Translations under genes and position numbers: made by a program
In this document: in pieces, positions 39,398 through 51,296 of the stretch
Position numbering within the stretch: the stretch's first letter is position 1
How the letters are laid out: each line of letters begins with the position of its first letter
Notes under the pieces: generated by a model
The model's input: only the letters and a program-made list of their open reading frames with translations
What the model was told of the DNA's origin: nothing
The model's database searches: none
From: Utricularia gibba
Taxonomy: Eukaryota; Plantae; Magnoliophyta
Length of the DNA stretch: 64,000 nt
Direction: 5' to 3'
NCBI GenBank assembly: GCA_002189035.1
Contig: NEEC01000023.1
Location: 620,001 to 684,000, forward strand

Positions 39398-40999
39398 ATG
39401 GAGTCGGGAGAGGACCGCCTTGAGAAGGGGTTGCTGTCAGGCCTCCACCGGAATCCCGAATCCCGTGTAGAAGACGATGAAGAGGATATACTCTATACGG
39501 CGTCGTTTGTGGAAGGGGAGGAGGATTTCGTCAAATATCAGACGGCTTGGTGGCTTTTGTATTCCATGCTTTTGGTTTTGGTGTGGGGAATCGGCCTTCT
39601 CATGCTTGCTTATTTGCCTGTGCGGCGGTATGTTTCGCGGAAGGATATTCGCTCTCGAAAGCTCTATCTCACCCACAATGCCATTGTTTACAAAGTAATT
39701 TTCTTTTGTCATTTTTGGCGGTTTACCGTTTCTGGGTGGGTTCGTCGTTAAGTGATTTTCGGATGCCCTCGATTTGTGATGTTGCGTCCTTACGTGGGTT
39801 CTTTGTTAAAAATGCGTGAATATGCTGTGGGATGTTGGTCGGAAACTGCAATGACTCTGCATTTATTCAGGAATAATCGCTTTTTTCATGTATAATGCCC
39901 GCTTCATTTTGATATAAAGAATTCGTGGAAGGTCTTTTGATTGCAAGTGTCATCGTTATTATTAATTGCTTTTGAATGCATTTCATTTTACCTTGGGTAT
40001 GGAGTATGAATTGAGGTGTTTTTCAAGGGAAGGGAGACATTCTTCAGCAGCTTCTGTAGAGTCGTTTCTATCCATTCTTCTAACCTTCATTCAGAGATGC
40101 AGGTAACAAAACCTGTGTCCTTTCCATGTTTTGGAGTTGTGAAGAAGGAGATGCATATTTTACTTCCCTCAGTGGCAGATGTTGTTGTAGAACAGGGTAA
40201 GGCTGTGTTTACCTTCATAATGATTACCTGTACAGTTATTTTTGCCTCTTCTATGGATCCCATATGTTTCGAATCATAGCCTGTATTGTCATATCAACTG
40301 TCCGTTGATTATTTGTCGTGCAATGTGATACCCTACAAGTAATGGTATACTTACATTCATGGAAATTCTGTCATTTCACTTTTTGAAACGGCTCCCTTGC
40401 CAGGGTTTCTGCAATCCTCATTCAATGTCTACGCTGTTAGAATAGAGAATGTTGGAGTGAGGAGGCCTCCAAGTGATGACTTCCATATTCAAGGCCTCAC
40501 TAACCCTGAAGAGTTTAGGGAGGTATTGCATCTTGCTATTAATCCCAGTCTTGATGCATGCTAGATGCCATTAACCTTCCCTTTCTCCAGGCCGTTCTTG
40601 CGCGTCTATCCAACAGCAGAGATGAAGCGCTTCCTCGACATGCAGATGATGTTGCTACTCCCCGGACGCGCGTTTCCTCCATCCCTTCGGTACATTATAT
40701 ACATTGGGAACGAAGCCATTTCCATCTTATGCAGCAGCTAACTTCCATGGGGTCTTGCTCTTGGCTTGCAGGTGTCAGCCTCGAAGTCACCGGGGCTCGA
40801 CTCCCTTGCTCAGCTCACTGATGCAGCTGTGTTGGAGAAGCTAGATGAAGTCTGCAGTAATGTGAAGGTTAAGATTACTTACAACAACATCAATATTAGG
40901 CATTTCTTCTGCTTCCTGAAAGTATACTATTCTCTGCAGAAAATCGAAACTTTGATCCAAGAGCAAACTCGCCCAACCGCTCGGGTTTTGGAATATTAA
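39398..40999 (+). CDS. Uncharacterised membrane protein with bacterial-PH-like (bPH_2/DUF304-like) region, 6 exons
   Basis: ILYTASF, two hydrophobic segments, RKDIRSRKLYLTHNAIVYK|VTKPVSFPCFGV...VADVVVEQG|FLQS...IENVGVRRPPSDD; all junctions GT-AG and in frame. Confidence 0.75.
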
Positions 41000-41502
41000 G
41001 GTGAGTGAAGTGCAACATCATAGTCCTCTTCACTCTTCTTCTAGCTCCCTTTAATGGACTCTTGTGATGGCTGCTCTACCATGTCTGTGGGTGACGTAGA
41101 ACTGTAGGTATTGGACTCTGATCTGACGTTACGACCGCTGACTCCATCTCAAAAAAAAAAAAAAAAAATTAAATTCATAGAAATGTTAAAAATGGTATTT
41201 CGAAATGTTTATTTTTAAAAATAAAACAAAATTGAGCATTTTACGATTTGTTTAAAACATTATTAAAAATCACACACGTTAAGAGCTGAATTAAATTTGG
41301 AGGTAAATTTGGCATTACTCACTGCTAGGTGTAACAGCATCCTGTCTATCTGTTTACTGTTTCTTTCATTTGTGCAACTGGATGAGGAGCGTGTTTTGAT
41401 TTGGTTGAATGAATACTTCCTTGAAATCACAAAATATGCATTTCATATACCCAGATCCCATTTTCTTTGTCTAAAGGATCCGGGTATTGTAACTGTAACA
41501 TA

Positions 41503-43414
41503 TCACAGATCAGCAAGAAAGTCGACACCGGTCGACGGCAACCATGAATTCCCGCCGATGAATGCCCCCACTGTGAACTTGGACGCTTCGGGCATTCCCA
41601 TGACATGAAATCCGGGCCAAGTTACCCTGCCCGAGGTCCGTGCTCCCGCCCAGTATTTGCAAATTCTCCATAATACAACGTGGAATAAGTGGAGTGGCTA
41701 GATCCCTCCCATTCGACCCACCCCTTTCGGCGATCTCGGCGTCAATGTCTGTTTTCATGACGACAGATCGGGCATAGGACCTCCACGGCCTTCCCAGGTA
41801 GGAATCGTATTTGCTCTGAACAGGGGCGAAGTCGGATCCAACAACAATCTTGGAGTTGTGCACGCAGAAGCCGGTGTTTTGTCCGGGATCACTCCGGCCA
41901 CTCGCTAGTATGGTAACGAATGCACCTCCGACTCTGGGACGGCGGAGGATGAAGCTGCAGCTTTGCATCACAGCTGCGGCGTTACCAAACACGTAGTCAA
42001 CGGTTCCTCCGATGTCGCATTCGCGGTAGAATTGTCGAAGGGACATGGCGAAGAGGGTGTCCTGATGGCCTATGATGCTGCACCTATAGAAGACCGATCG
42101 ATCGGAGGCCACTGTTAAGGCGATAGCTTGATGTTTCTCCGGGCCTGCCGTGTTCTCGAACCCGATGTCTTTCGCAATGAAGCCATCTCCCATGATCGCT
42201 ACAGACGAACAAACCACAGAAAGCCACTCACATGTTATGCAGTTCAAGTGTTTGGTAAAATGTTTGGAGGAAACTTACTGAAAGTTGCCGTCGCAAGCAA
42301 TGAAGAGCCACCGCCAACGCTGCTACCTCCGGAAATGATCGTGGAGTATTTGCCGTCGCCGATCAGTGTAATCCCATCTTTTTTGCACACAATCTTCTCA
42401 TTGTAAACTCCCGCCTTCACATATATCACGAACCGGCCTCCGCTCGCCGCCCGGATCGCGTCGGAAACCGTCGTGAAGTGTCCGCTGCCATCTTTTGCAA
42501 CAACGGCATTTGCATCTACTCCAGTCCCCGCAAGCAGCTTTCTACTAGCCGGAGATACCCAGCCCGGAAATCCTCCACCGTGTACGCGGTCACCTGCCGG
42601 AGAGTCCTTTTCGGGATATTGCTGTTGACGATGGCTAGGGCATTGCTCACCAGCTGAGACAGGTATTCCATTTTCTCATGAATTTTGGCCTTGAAAGGAG
42701 TAGACATGCCATAGGTTTCCACTTCGTCCCTGCAAGTCTCGTAGAAGGTTATGGCGGCGCTCAGCCACGTCTGGATGTCCAGTTTCTTGCCCTCCGGTGA
42801 CCCCTGCACCGCCGCGAGTGCCTGATTCAACCTCCTCCACGACATTTTCGTCAGCTCATCACACCAATCTGCAGTGAAAATCAAATTTCATCTCCAAATT
42901 TTTTTAAATCTAGAAAAGTAAAAACAGTTTATAAAAATAGAAATAAAATTGAAATTAAAAGATGACCACCTTTTATTTTTTATATCTCTTTATCCAATAT
43001 ATGCATTTCTCAATCATAGACAATTATTATTATCAAATGACGTGATGGATGGGTTTATTTTTGTATTATATTAGGAAAAAAATAAATACGTATGCATGAA
43101 TAATGCACGTCACCGGTACCATGTAGGGCTCCCCCGGCCTGAAGGGTCGCTCCGGTCGTACTATTGAAGTAGTTGGACGGCAGACTGGTCTCATGGATGG
43201 CCTTTCGGAGCAATGTCGTTACGGAGTCCACGTACTGATTACTCTCCATCGTCGACCCCGCCAGCGTTTCCCGGCACAGCGCCGGATATATAGTCCGGCC
43301 GCACACGGCGCTCACCGCCGCATCGGGCGGCGTCAGGTGCGCTAACGCGGAGGAGGAAAAGAGGGAAAGAATAAAGAGGATGATGGAAACGGTGCTTTCT
43401 GATACGCTAGGCAT
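41503..43414 (-). CDS. Pectin methylesterase with PMEI pro-domain, copy A; three apparent frameshifts (assembly error or pseudogene)
   Basis: Signal peptide, C-x8-C, DIQTWLSAA, RKLL processing motif, VVAKDGSG, HQAIAL, GHQDTL, GTVDYVFG, YLGRPW; frame breaks at about 42610, 41722 and 41650. Confidence 0.88.
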
Positions 43415-45771
43415 GCTTGCTTCCTTCTTCTCTTAGTGTACAAAAGTTGGGTACGTACTATGGTAGGGAGACCTGCCCTGGGCCTTCTATTTATAAGGCT
43501 GAGAGCCTGCTTCGTGGGTGCATAATAAGAGACTATATATTTCAAATAATAAGTAAAATGAATTGATTACAAGACAAGAAATATGTTTTATTACAAATTG
43601 AGAAATGAATTTGTAATAAGACATAGATTTGATATCTAATTCCTCGAAACCCTATAATAATATGGTCGTTATACTCTTTGTTTTTTTCATACCTATTGAG
43701 CACTATTCTTGCAGCTTTTGATTCTGGGTGGGATTAGGTTGATATCCATGTAAGCATTGGTGAATAAGATTTATTTTTTAAAAAAATGATATTTCATTTT
43801 CAGGACTGTTCATCGAGGTACACACCATAACGACCATGAAACGAGTGGCCTACAATCTAACATTTCCATAGTGTTCATGTCATATGTGTCACATAGGTCA
43901 CGTCCGTGTTATATTTTTCTTGAAACGCGTCACGAAAAACCAATCACACATTAGAACCTGGATTCCTGAGTGGATGGTATTTTCAGTAAATGACTTGGTT
44001 TCCCATCTTATGCATGGACGGAGGATGAACACATCATCTGAGTTGAACAAATCATATGGATGTGTGTTGGTTATGTGATTTAAATACACCGAGAAATGTA
44101 AATAACATGGAGATATGTTCAAAGGATGCGAATATCTAATAAGAGGTAGGGTATAGAAGATAGGATTTACATATCAAATTCCAATCCCAATCATTTATCA
44201 CCAACACACCACATGCTAAACAAGTTCTATGAGAATTTATCATTTTTTTTTTCACTTGGATCCGGTGGGGTTGTTTTTTTTACTATAGTGTTATATTTCC
44301 TCTTTAAATCCAATGGTGTGTGATGATTTACCTTGTGAATTTAGGGTTTCTGAACGTGGGTGTCGCTAGTCGACCAACTTGGCTTGCACTGGTGCATGCT
44401 TTTTCTTTGTTGCTGTGACCTTATCCTTCCGTAGTGCCCATCCAAAAGGGTTGGTTGGAGGGTCACAATTGCTTTTTTGCTTACTCAAGGTGCTCAAGAA
44501 ACTGAGCTGGATCCCAGTTTCTGTCAGCCATGAATTCCCATGATGTGGAGTACAAACAACTTTCAAACTTCAAACATATCCGTCGCCCACATCGGATTCG
44601 GATTCAGGATGCAACCTTTTCTTTTTCGTGTTAGAAGTAAAATTTAAAGGATCCAGAGACGTTGCTAACATGAGCTAAAAGTGTTAAGGTGAAAGTCATG
44701 GATCAACATGCTCGTTTCGGAATCATGATTATTCGATCTTTATCTCACATATACTAAGACAAAAAAAAAATTAATATTTAAGATAGTCATTTTTCTCACA
44801 CGTATATTATAAGATGATCAGACTTCTAAATCATTTGTTTCTTTCGACGACTTTACTAGTGGTCACTCACAAAAATGTGTGGATGGTACTGGGTTTAAAA
44901 GCGAACTAACCATCGTCCTCACATCTCGTCTCTTTCATTCTATCAATTTAACAAGATTTAGAAAACCAATTCAATTTTCATACAATCCATTGATTTTGTG
45001 ATTTAAGTTTATATTTATACTATTTCTTTATATATATTTATATAATTACTACAATTTTTACTCTTTTTTAAATAGAAAAACTGACTTATAAAATATAACT
45101 TTCTAATTTATATATTTATAAAATATAACTATTAATACATATAGATAAATACGTTATTTTCTTCTTAAAATTACTTTTTTTTTTTACATTCTAAATATTA
45201 ATCGATTTATAAAAATTATTATAAAAAAATATTTCCAAACATATATCAATTCTTACTCTAATAGAGTAAAATAAACAAAACTAGTCTTTGTTTCATGTTC
45301 GGACAATTAGAGGCCAGCCACTTGTATTTGAGTGACGTCTACTACTCAAAAATTTTAATACAAAAATTCATCCCTTATCCGATATTCTAACTATGGCACT
45401 AGGACGGTAGTCACTTATAGGATGAGGTTTTTATTAGGATGCCGGAGGTGCGGACAAAACGGTAATCAAATTGGGTTCCAAATCGAGATGATTGGCTGGG
45501 CAGAGCAGAACTAACGTGAAAGGTGGGTACGGGAATCGCATCCACCAGGAGTTAAGTGTTGGACCCAACTCCAAGGGGATTGATTGATGTCCGGTGGGGC
45601 AAGAACATTCCGGACAAGAGGCGGATGCACTGAAAACATCATCATTTCCTTTTCAAGCCACAATTATAATGAAAGAAAGAAGCAGACAATTTTACACACG
45701 CACAGGAACCATCAGCCAAGAAGAATCACTTCTGCTTCTTGGCCTGGGAATGAAGTGTACACTAAGGAAGA

Positions 45772-47486
45772 CTAGAGGCCGGGTGCGAAATCCACCCCGG
45801 TCGACGGCAGCCACGAGTTTCCTCCGATGAAGGCGGAGACCGTGAACCGGGACGCGTCTCCCATTCCGAGGACATGATATCCGGGCCAGGTGACCCGGCC
45901 GGCAGTCGACGCTCCGGCCCCCGTGTTGGCATACTCGGCATAGTACAGGGTTCTGTAAGTCGAGCTGCTGGCCCCCTGCCATTCCACCCAACCCTTCCTC
46001 GCGATCGCGCCGTCGATGTCGGTCGTCATGACTACGGACCTGGAGTAGGCCTTCCATGGTCTCCCGAGGTAGGAATTGTACCTGTTCTTGAGGGGCGCGA
46101 AATCGGAGCCGACGACGATCTTGCTGCCCTGCACCGAGAAACCCGTGTTTTGACCCGGGTCGCTCCGGCCGTGCGCTAAGATAGTATTGTACGCCCCTCC
46201 GGACCGGGGGCGACGGAGGACCAAGTTGCAACTTTGGAAGACCGCCGCGGCGTTGCCGAATATGAAATCAACTGTTCCTTGGATGTCGCATTCGCGGTAA
46301 AACTGTCGAAGCGAGTGCGCGTAGAGGGTGTCTTGGTACCCGGAAATGCTGCACCGGTAGATCACCGACCGATCGGAGATAACGGCTAGTGCAATAGCTT
46401 GGTGGTTTTCCGGTCCGGCCACGTTTTGAAACCCGATGTCCTTTGCGATGAACCCATCTCCAATAATCACTATCACATGCAACCAAGTTAGTGGCATGTG
46501 ACATGATAAAGACATAAATAAATAATAATAATAAAATCTTTTTTTATTTTATTTAGAAAAAAGGAGGCTGGTTTATGAACTTACTGAACGTTGCACTCCC
46601 ACGTAGAGAAGTGCCGCCGCCGACGCTGCTCCCGCTAGTTATGATCGTGTTGTATTTCCCGTCGCCGATCAACGTTATTCCATTTTTCTTAATCTTGATC
46701 TTCTCGTTGTAAACTCCGGCCTTGACGTATATCACGAATCGGCCGCCGGTGGCGGCGTTGAGCGCCTCCGTCACCGTCTTGAAGTTTCCACTTCCGTCTT
46801 TAGCAACGACGGCGTTCGCGCTCACCCCCGTGGCCTGTAGGAGTCTTCTATTTGCCGAAGACACCCATCCCGGAAATCCGTCGTCATGGGCACGGCGGCT
46901 CGCCGAAGTGCCATTCCCGGTGAATATTCCGGGGATATTAGTGTTCACCACGGCTAAGGCATTACTAACGAGCTGCGACAGGTATCCCATCTTCTCGTAT
47001 AATTTGGCCATGTGGGGATCGGACAAGCCATATGCTTCCGCCTCATCCTTACATGTTTCATGGAAGGTTATGGCCGCACTCAACCACGTCTGGATGTCGG
47101 CCTTGGCATCCTCCGGCGACTTCTGCACGGCGGCCAGCGCCTGGTTCAATCTCGCTAACGACATCTCCGTGAGCTCCCGGCACCAATCCACCGCTGCAAC
47201 CACATACCATTAATCAAATACATGTACCATTTTTTTTTGATAAAAGTGAACAGTGTTTAGCAGCAAATTTACCTGCGGGAGTAGTGACAAGAGAACCTGC
47301 TGCAGTGGAGCTGTTGAAGTAGTTGGAAGGCAAGCTAGTCTCATGGATGGCCTTCTGCAGTAGCGTTGATATGACATCCACAGAACTGGCCACCTCTTCG
47401 GTCTTCTGCACAGAAGCAGAGGAAAACGAGCAAAGGAGAGAAAGGGCTAAGAGGAGGACCAGAGCAGCTGCTGATGGATGAGGCAT
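45772..47486 (-). CDS. Pectin methylesterase with shortened PMEI pro-domain, copy B (intact), 3 exons
   Basis: DIQTWLSAAITF, RRLL motif, VVAKDGSGNFKTV, YVKAGVYNE, HQAIAL, GYQDTL, GTVDFIFG, YLGRPW, YYAEYANTGAG; uninterrupted ORFs 46553-47203 and 45772-46515. Confidence 0.95.
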
Positions 47487-50400
47487 CTTTGCTATGTGCT
47501 GCGTTGCTTGTTTTGGTGGACGAGGAGGGACTATCGGCCACTCGTATTTATACATGGCGATCACTGTATCAGAAAGGGACTGAAGAAGACTCTGGCTGAT
47601 CCTTTGGTCGAAAGGGAAGTGCCCCAATTGAATTCAATGTGCCCTTAATGTCTCGCTTGGGAATGGATGGTGTGTGTTGCCTACCTAAACCGAAAGTCTG
47701 TCCTAAACCTACCAGACCTTCACAGAACCAATGAAGATAAGCGCCATTAATTCTACGCCTCGTGCAACCCTTTTCACTTCCACTTGTGTTTTGATTCAAA
47801 CTTTCCATTTCCTATTCATATCGTGTATGAATCTCGTTCTTTATAGAACATGAAATATTCGTCACAAATTTTGCAACCAAAAGTCGAAATACTACGACAA
47901 ATTACGTGAAATTCACCTCGATTCCTTGTTTTTACGACAAAATATAACATAATTAAATCCATCGTATTTCAAATAAAATTCATGAATCGTGTTTCATTTT
48001 AAATCATATAATTAAAAAAATTTTAAAAATTTTGTATTCACACCCCCGGTTTGTGGGGTGGTTGGCACACATTAATCACACTGTAGCCCCATACACATGA
48101 TAACGTGTGTAAGTGGTATGGATAAAGTCCTCGTGCGTGCGGGCAGCATGCCTGGATACGTACGGCTTACCCGAATCCAGAAAAGGAGTACATCGTCCCA
48201 TACAAATCAACACGTTTTTATTCGAAGGATATCTATGCTAACTAGTTTTTTAAACTACCTATCGATTTAAACTATCGAATATTTTGATTTCTTGTATACG
48301 TATTCATGGATCCATTTTGGTTCGCGGTTTTTTTCTATTAAAAAATAATGGCCATCATTATAAGGTATATGTACTTATAATATTAAGTCATGGATGTTAC
48401 ATCTTACTGGCCATGACCAGTGGCCAAAGATGACGACAAAGAAAGGTATGGCACCGTGACCTCAAAAATTAATAACGAATATGTTTTTTTAGGGAAGGGG
48501 TTTCCCACAGGGACGAGGAACTCCATCCACAACATGGATTCGATTGCTTTTTGTGCTCCAAGTGTACGATACTTGGCGAAAGGCAGCAGCCGCAGCATTA
48601 TTGGTGGGTGGGATAACAAGTCCTAGTGCCAAAAGACAGGCAACAAGTCTAGAACTCATTCATTGGCATCGTGGATATTGGAGATACCAAGAGCTCGAGC
48701 CCAAATTATGTTGCTTACAAGATGATATTGTTGAAATTAAATATTCGATAGATTGGATGATCGCACTTAAAGTTTAAATACATAATAAACATATATCATG
48801 TTAAAAAATTAAACCTAATCAATTATTTGTAATTCATAATTTTAAACGTTCGTGGTTTGGAAAAATTGTCATGTGAAGACAAAAATTGGATGCAGCAACC
48901 CCGGCGGGTGACTACTTGGAACCGTTCGAAAGAAACGCTAGGAAAAGGCGTACAATACAATAAAAATAATGCCGTGATGAAGCAACCGTACTAGAGAATA
49001 AGAGCGGAGAAGAGGGAAGGGAAATGGGCGCCTGAGGCGACGCCACTTGGGGCCAAGGAAATGCGGACAAGGACTCCGGATAGCCGGTGGGTCGGGCGCA
49101 TCAGCTGAGGACGACGGAGCGAGGGCCACCGGGAGTCAAACCGCCATCCACATCAATACTCTGCATGGTTGCATGATGGCGGCCCTTCAACTTCCCAATC
49201 CACAGCCTTACAAACCCCCTCCCACCACAAAACCACAAGAATTTCATGGCAGCAGAAGAATGACCGGAGCTGGAGTAAAGCAGGATCTTTTTCGAGTCCC
49301 TTGCACGCGAGACCCATCTGTTCCGGACACGGTGTCCGGTGTTAGAACCACAGGGGCCGAAGTGAAGGTCAGTCCTCTGTCAAGCTTGTGGCTCAGCTTC
49401 TCCAAGGTGATGGAAGCATAGTTTAATTAGTGGACACGATCAAGAGGGGTAGTTTAGTCATCTACACATTAAAATATTTTAATATATAAAATATCTTCGT
49501 GAAATTAAAATAATCGTAAAAATCTGTAGCCATGAAAAAAAATATATGTAAAATTGTGCTCAGGACAAAAACCGGGGCGAGGCTGATTGTAATAGGACGA
49601 CTTTTTTATGTTCTCTAGTTGATGGTTCGGAATCAACTGCGTCTATGGAGATCAACATCCTCAATTTTTTTTAATATCTGAATAAAAAATTAGATTTATT
49701 GAGATAATTAATTAGTTATAGATGTGACATTAGTTAAAAACATTAAAAATATATGATTTTTAGCTCGTGTTTGGAATCAATAGTTTAAAAAATGTTTAAT
49801 CCATTCAGTTTAGGTGTGGGTTTGATTGAATTCATTATTAAAAAAATTCAATAATTAGATTAAATTTTTATCTGCAATAGTTAGATTAAATTAAATATAC
49901 TATAAAAGCTTAAAATTATATAAAAATATTGTACATAAAACATAATTAAAATGTATATTTGATCATTAAAGACTTTTTTGTTTTTAAAAATTAATAATAC
50001 ATATTCTATTAATTTTTTTAGAATACTTAATGAATTAACTAGTCACTCGTATGAATTTAAACTATTGAATATATTGGTTGCTCATATATATGTGCATTTT
50101 TACCTCATGAATTTTATTTTTTCTAATAATTTTGACGATTAACAGGTAATTTTTTGGGAATTTTTATTTTTTTCGATTTCAAATAGTTTAGATTTCATTT
50201 CCATAGTATTAAAAAGCAAAGAAAACAAAAAAAAATAAGTTTTCAACATAATTTAAAATTAAAATCATGGATTATAAAAGATGACGCCGGATCCAATCTA
50301 AAACATGGACAATTCAGATTGAATCGTGTTTAAGACAGTGTTTGAAGGTGTCTCGTGGGCCCAGTCAATTTACGTAATAAAAGGGATGTATTACCTTACC

Positions 50401-50495
50401 TGATGACGGTGACACCCAGGTTCCGTCAGCAGTCAGCCATCTCATCCATGCACACTATTTCCCGGGCCCCCGCGTGCGGAATCTCTCTTTACTGA

Positions 50496-50503
50496 TGACG
50501 TCA
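50496..50503. promoter_or_regulatory. Palindromic TGACGTCA (TGA/bZIP site) upstream of NPR1
   Basis: Exact palindrome about 800 bp upstream of the NPR1 ATG; a further TGACG near 50405 and 51063. Confidence 0.4.
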
Positions 50504-51134
50504 CTGATCGATTTTAGGGCAGCCCGTCAGGCCCAATAACTGTCCGTGACATTAGGAAGGGTCTGGCCCATGGGAAACATGGGTCAGTATCGGGCCAGCA
50601 TTTACAGGCCTGTGACCTGTTGTCGTGTGCAGTACGCTGGGGCGATCGACCGTCGACGGAGGACATGCAAGGGGTCTGAGAGATGATTACACGTGAGCTT
50701 GAGCGCGGTGATGCTCGTGTGTAGATTGGGGAAGCTGCTAATACTCCTTGGTAAGCAGATGTCCCACCGTTCTCTATCTCCGGTCGGAATTTTGAAGGCT
50801 TGGTAATTCAGGACATCGCCGGAGCTTGTGATGCGGAACGGAGTGCAGGTAATTCAGCACCTGCATTACACAGAAATGCGTGATCTGCACAATCTTGGGA
50901 AAATCCTGTGGAAATACCACCTCTCTTGTTCCGCAGCAGAATTTGAGGACAAATCTTAGAAACCGTGAGTCCAGAGAGTAAAACAGGCTACGGACGAAAC
51001 AGCCAAAGTTCATCAAGATAGCAGGTTTCTGTGTTCTAAAAACGGATAAGATGAAGGATCGGTGACGCCATCTGCGCCAACTGGCAACTGCTCGAGAGCG
51101 CTGACCTGAAATTTCATATCATCTCTCTCTCACT

Positions 51135-51140
51135 TTGACC
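51135..51140 (+). promoter_or_regulatory. W-box (TTGACC) near the NPR1 TSS/leader
   Basis: Exact WRKY core about 160 bp upstream of the ATG; W-boxes in the leader are known for Arabidopsis NPR1. Confidence 0.4.
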
Positions 51141-51270
51141 TCAAATTCTCTCTCTAGACTAGAAGAACAAGGCTTGCGATGATTGGAATTTACTGTTCCG
51201 CAATGAATTGATTTTTCAAACCTACAGATTACATGCGGTTTTAGGTCGTGATTATTGTTGGTAGAGGAAT

Positions 51271-51291
51271 TGGTGGTGGTGGTGGTGGTGG
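51271..51291 (+). repeat. (TGG)7 trinucleotide repeat immediately before the NPR1 start codon
   Basis: Read directly from the sequence; ATG at 51297. Confidence 0.9.
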
Positions 51292-51296
51292 AGGAG

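Noticed and set aside
44584-44600. CCCACATCG resembling the snRNA USE element
   Set aside because: Imperfect match, no TATA at the required spacing and no snRNA sequence downstream.
18896-47486. Secreted hydrolases (GH3, sPLA2, PME) as a carnivory-related locus
   Set aside because: These families are ubiquitous in plants, are not contiguous here, and the species is not established.
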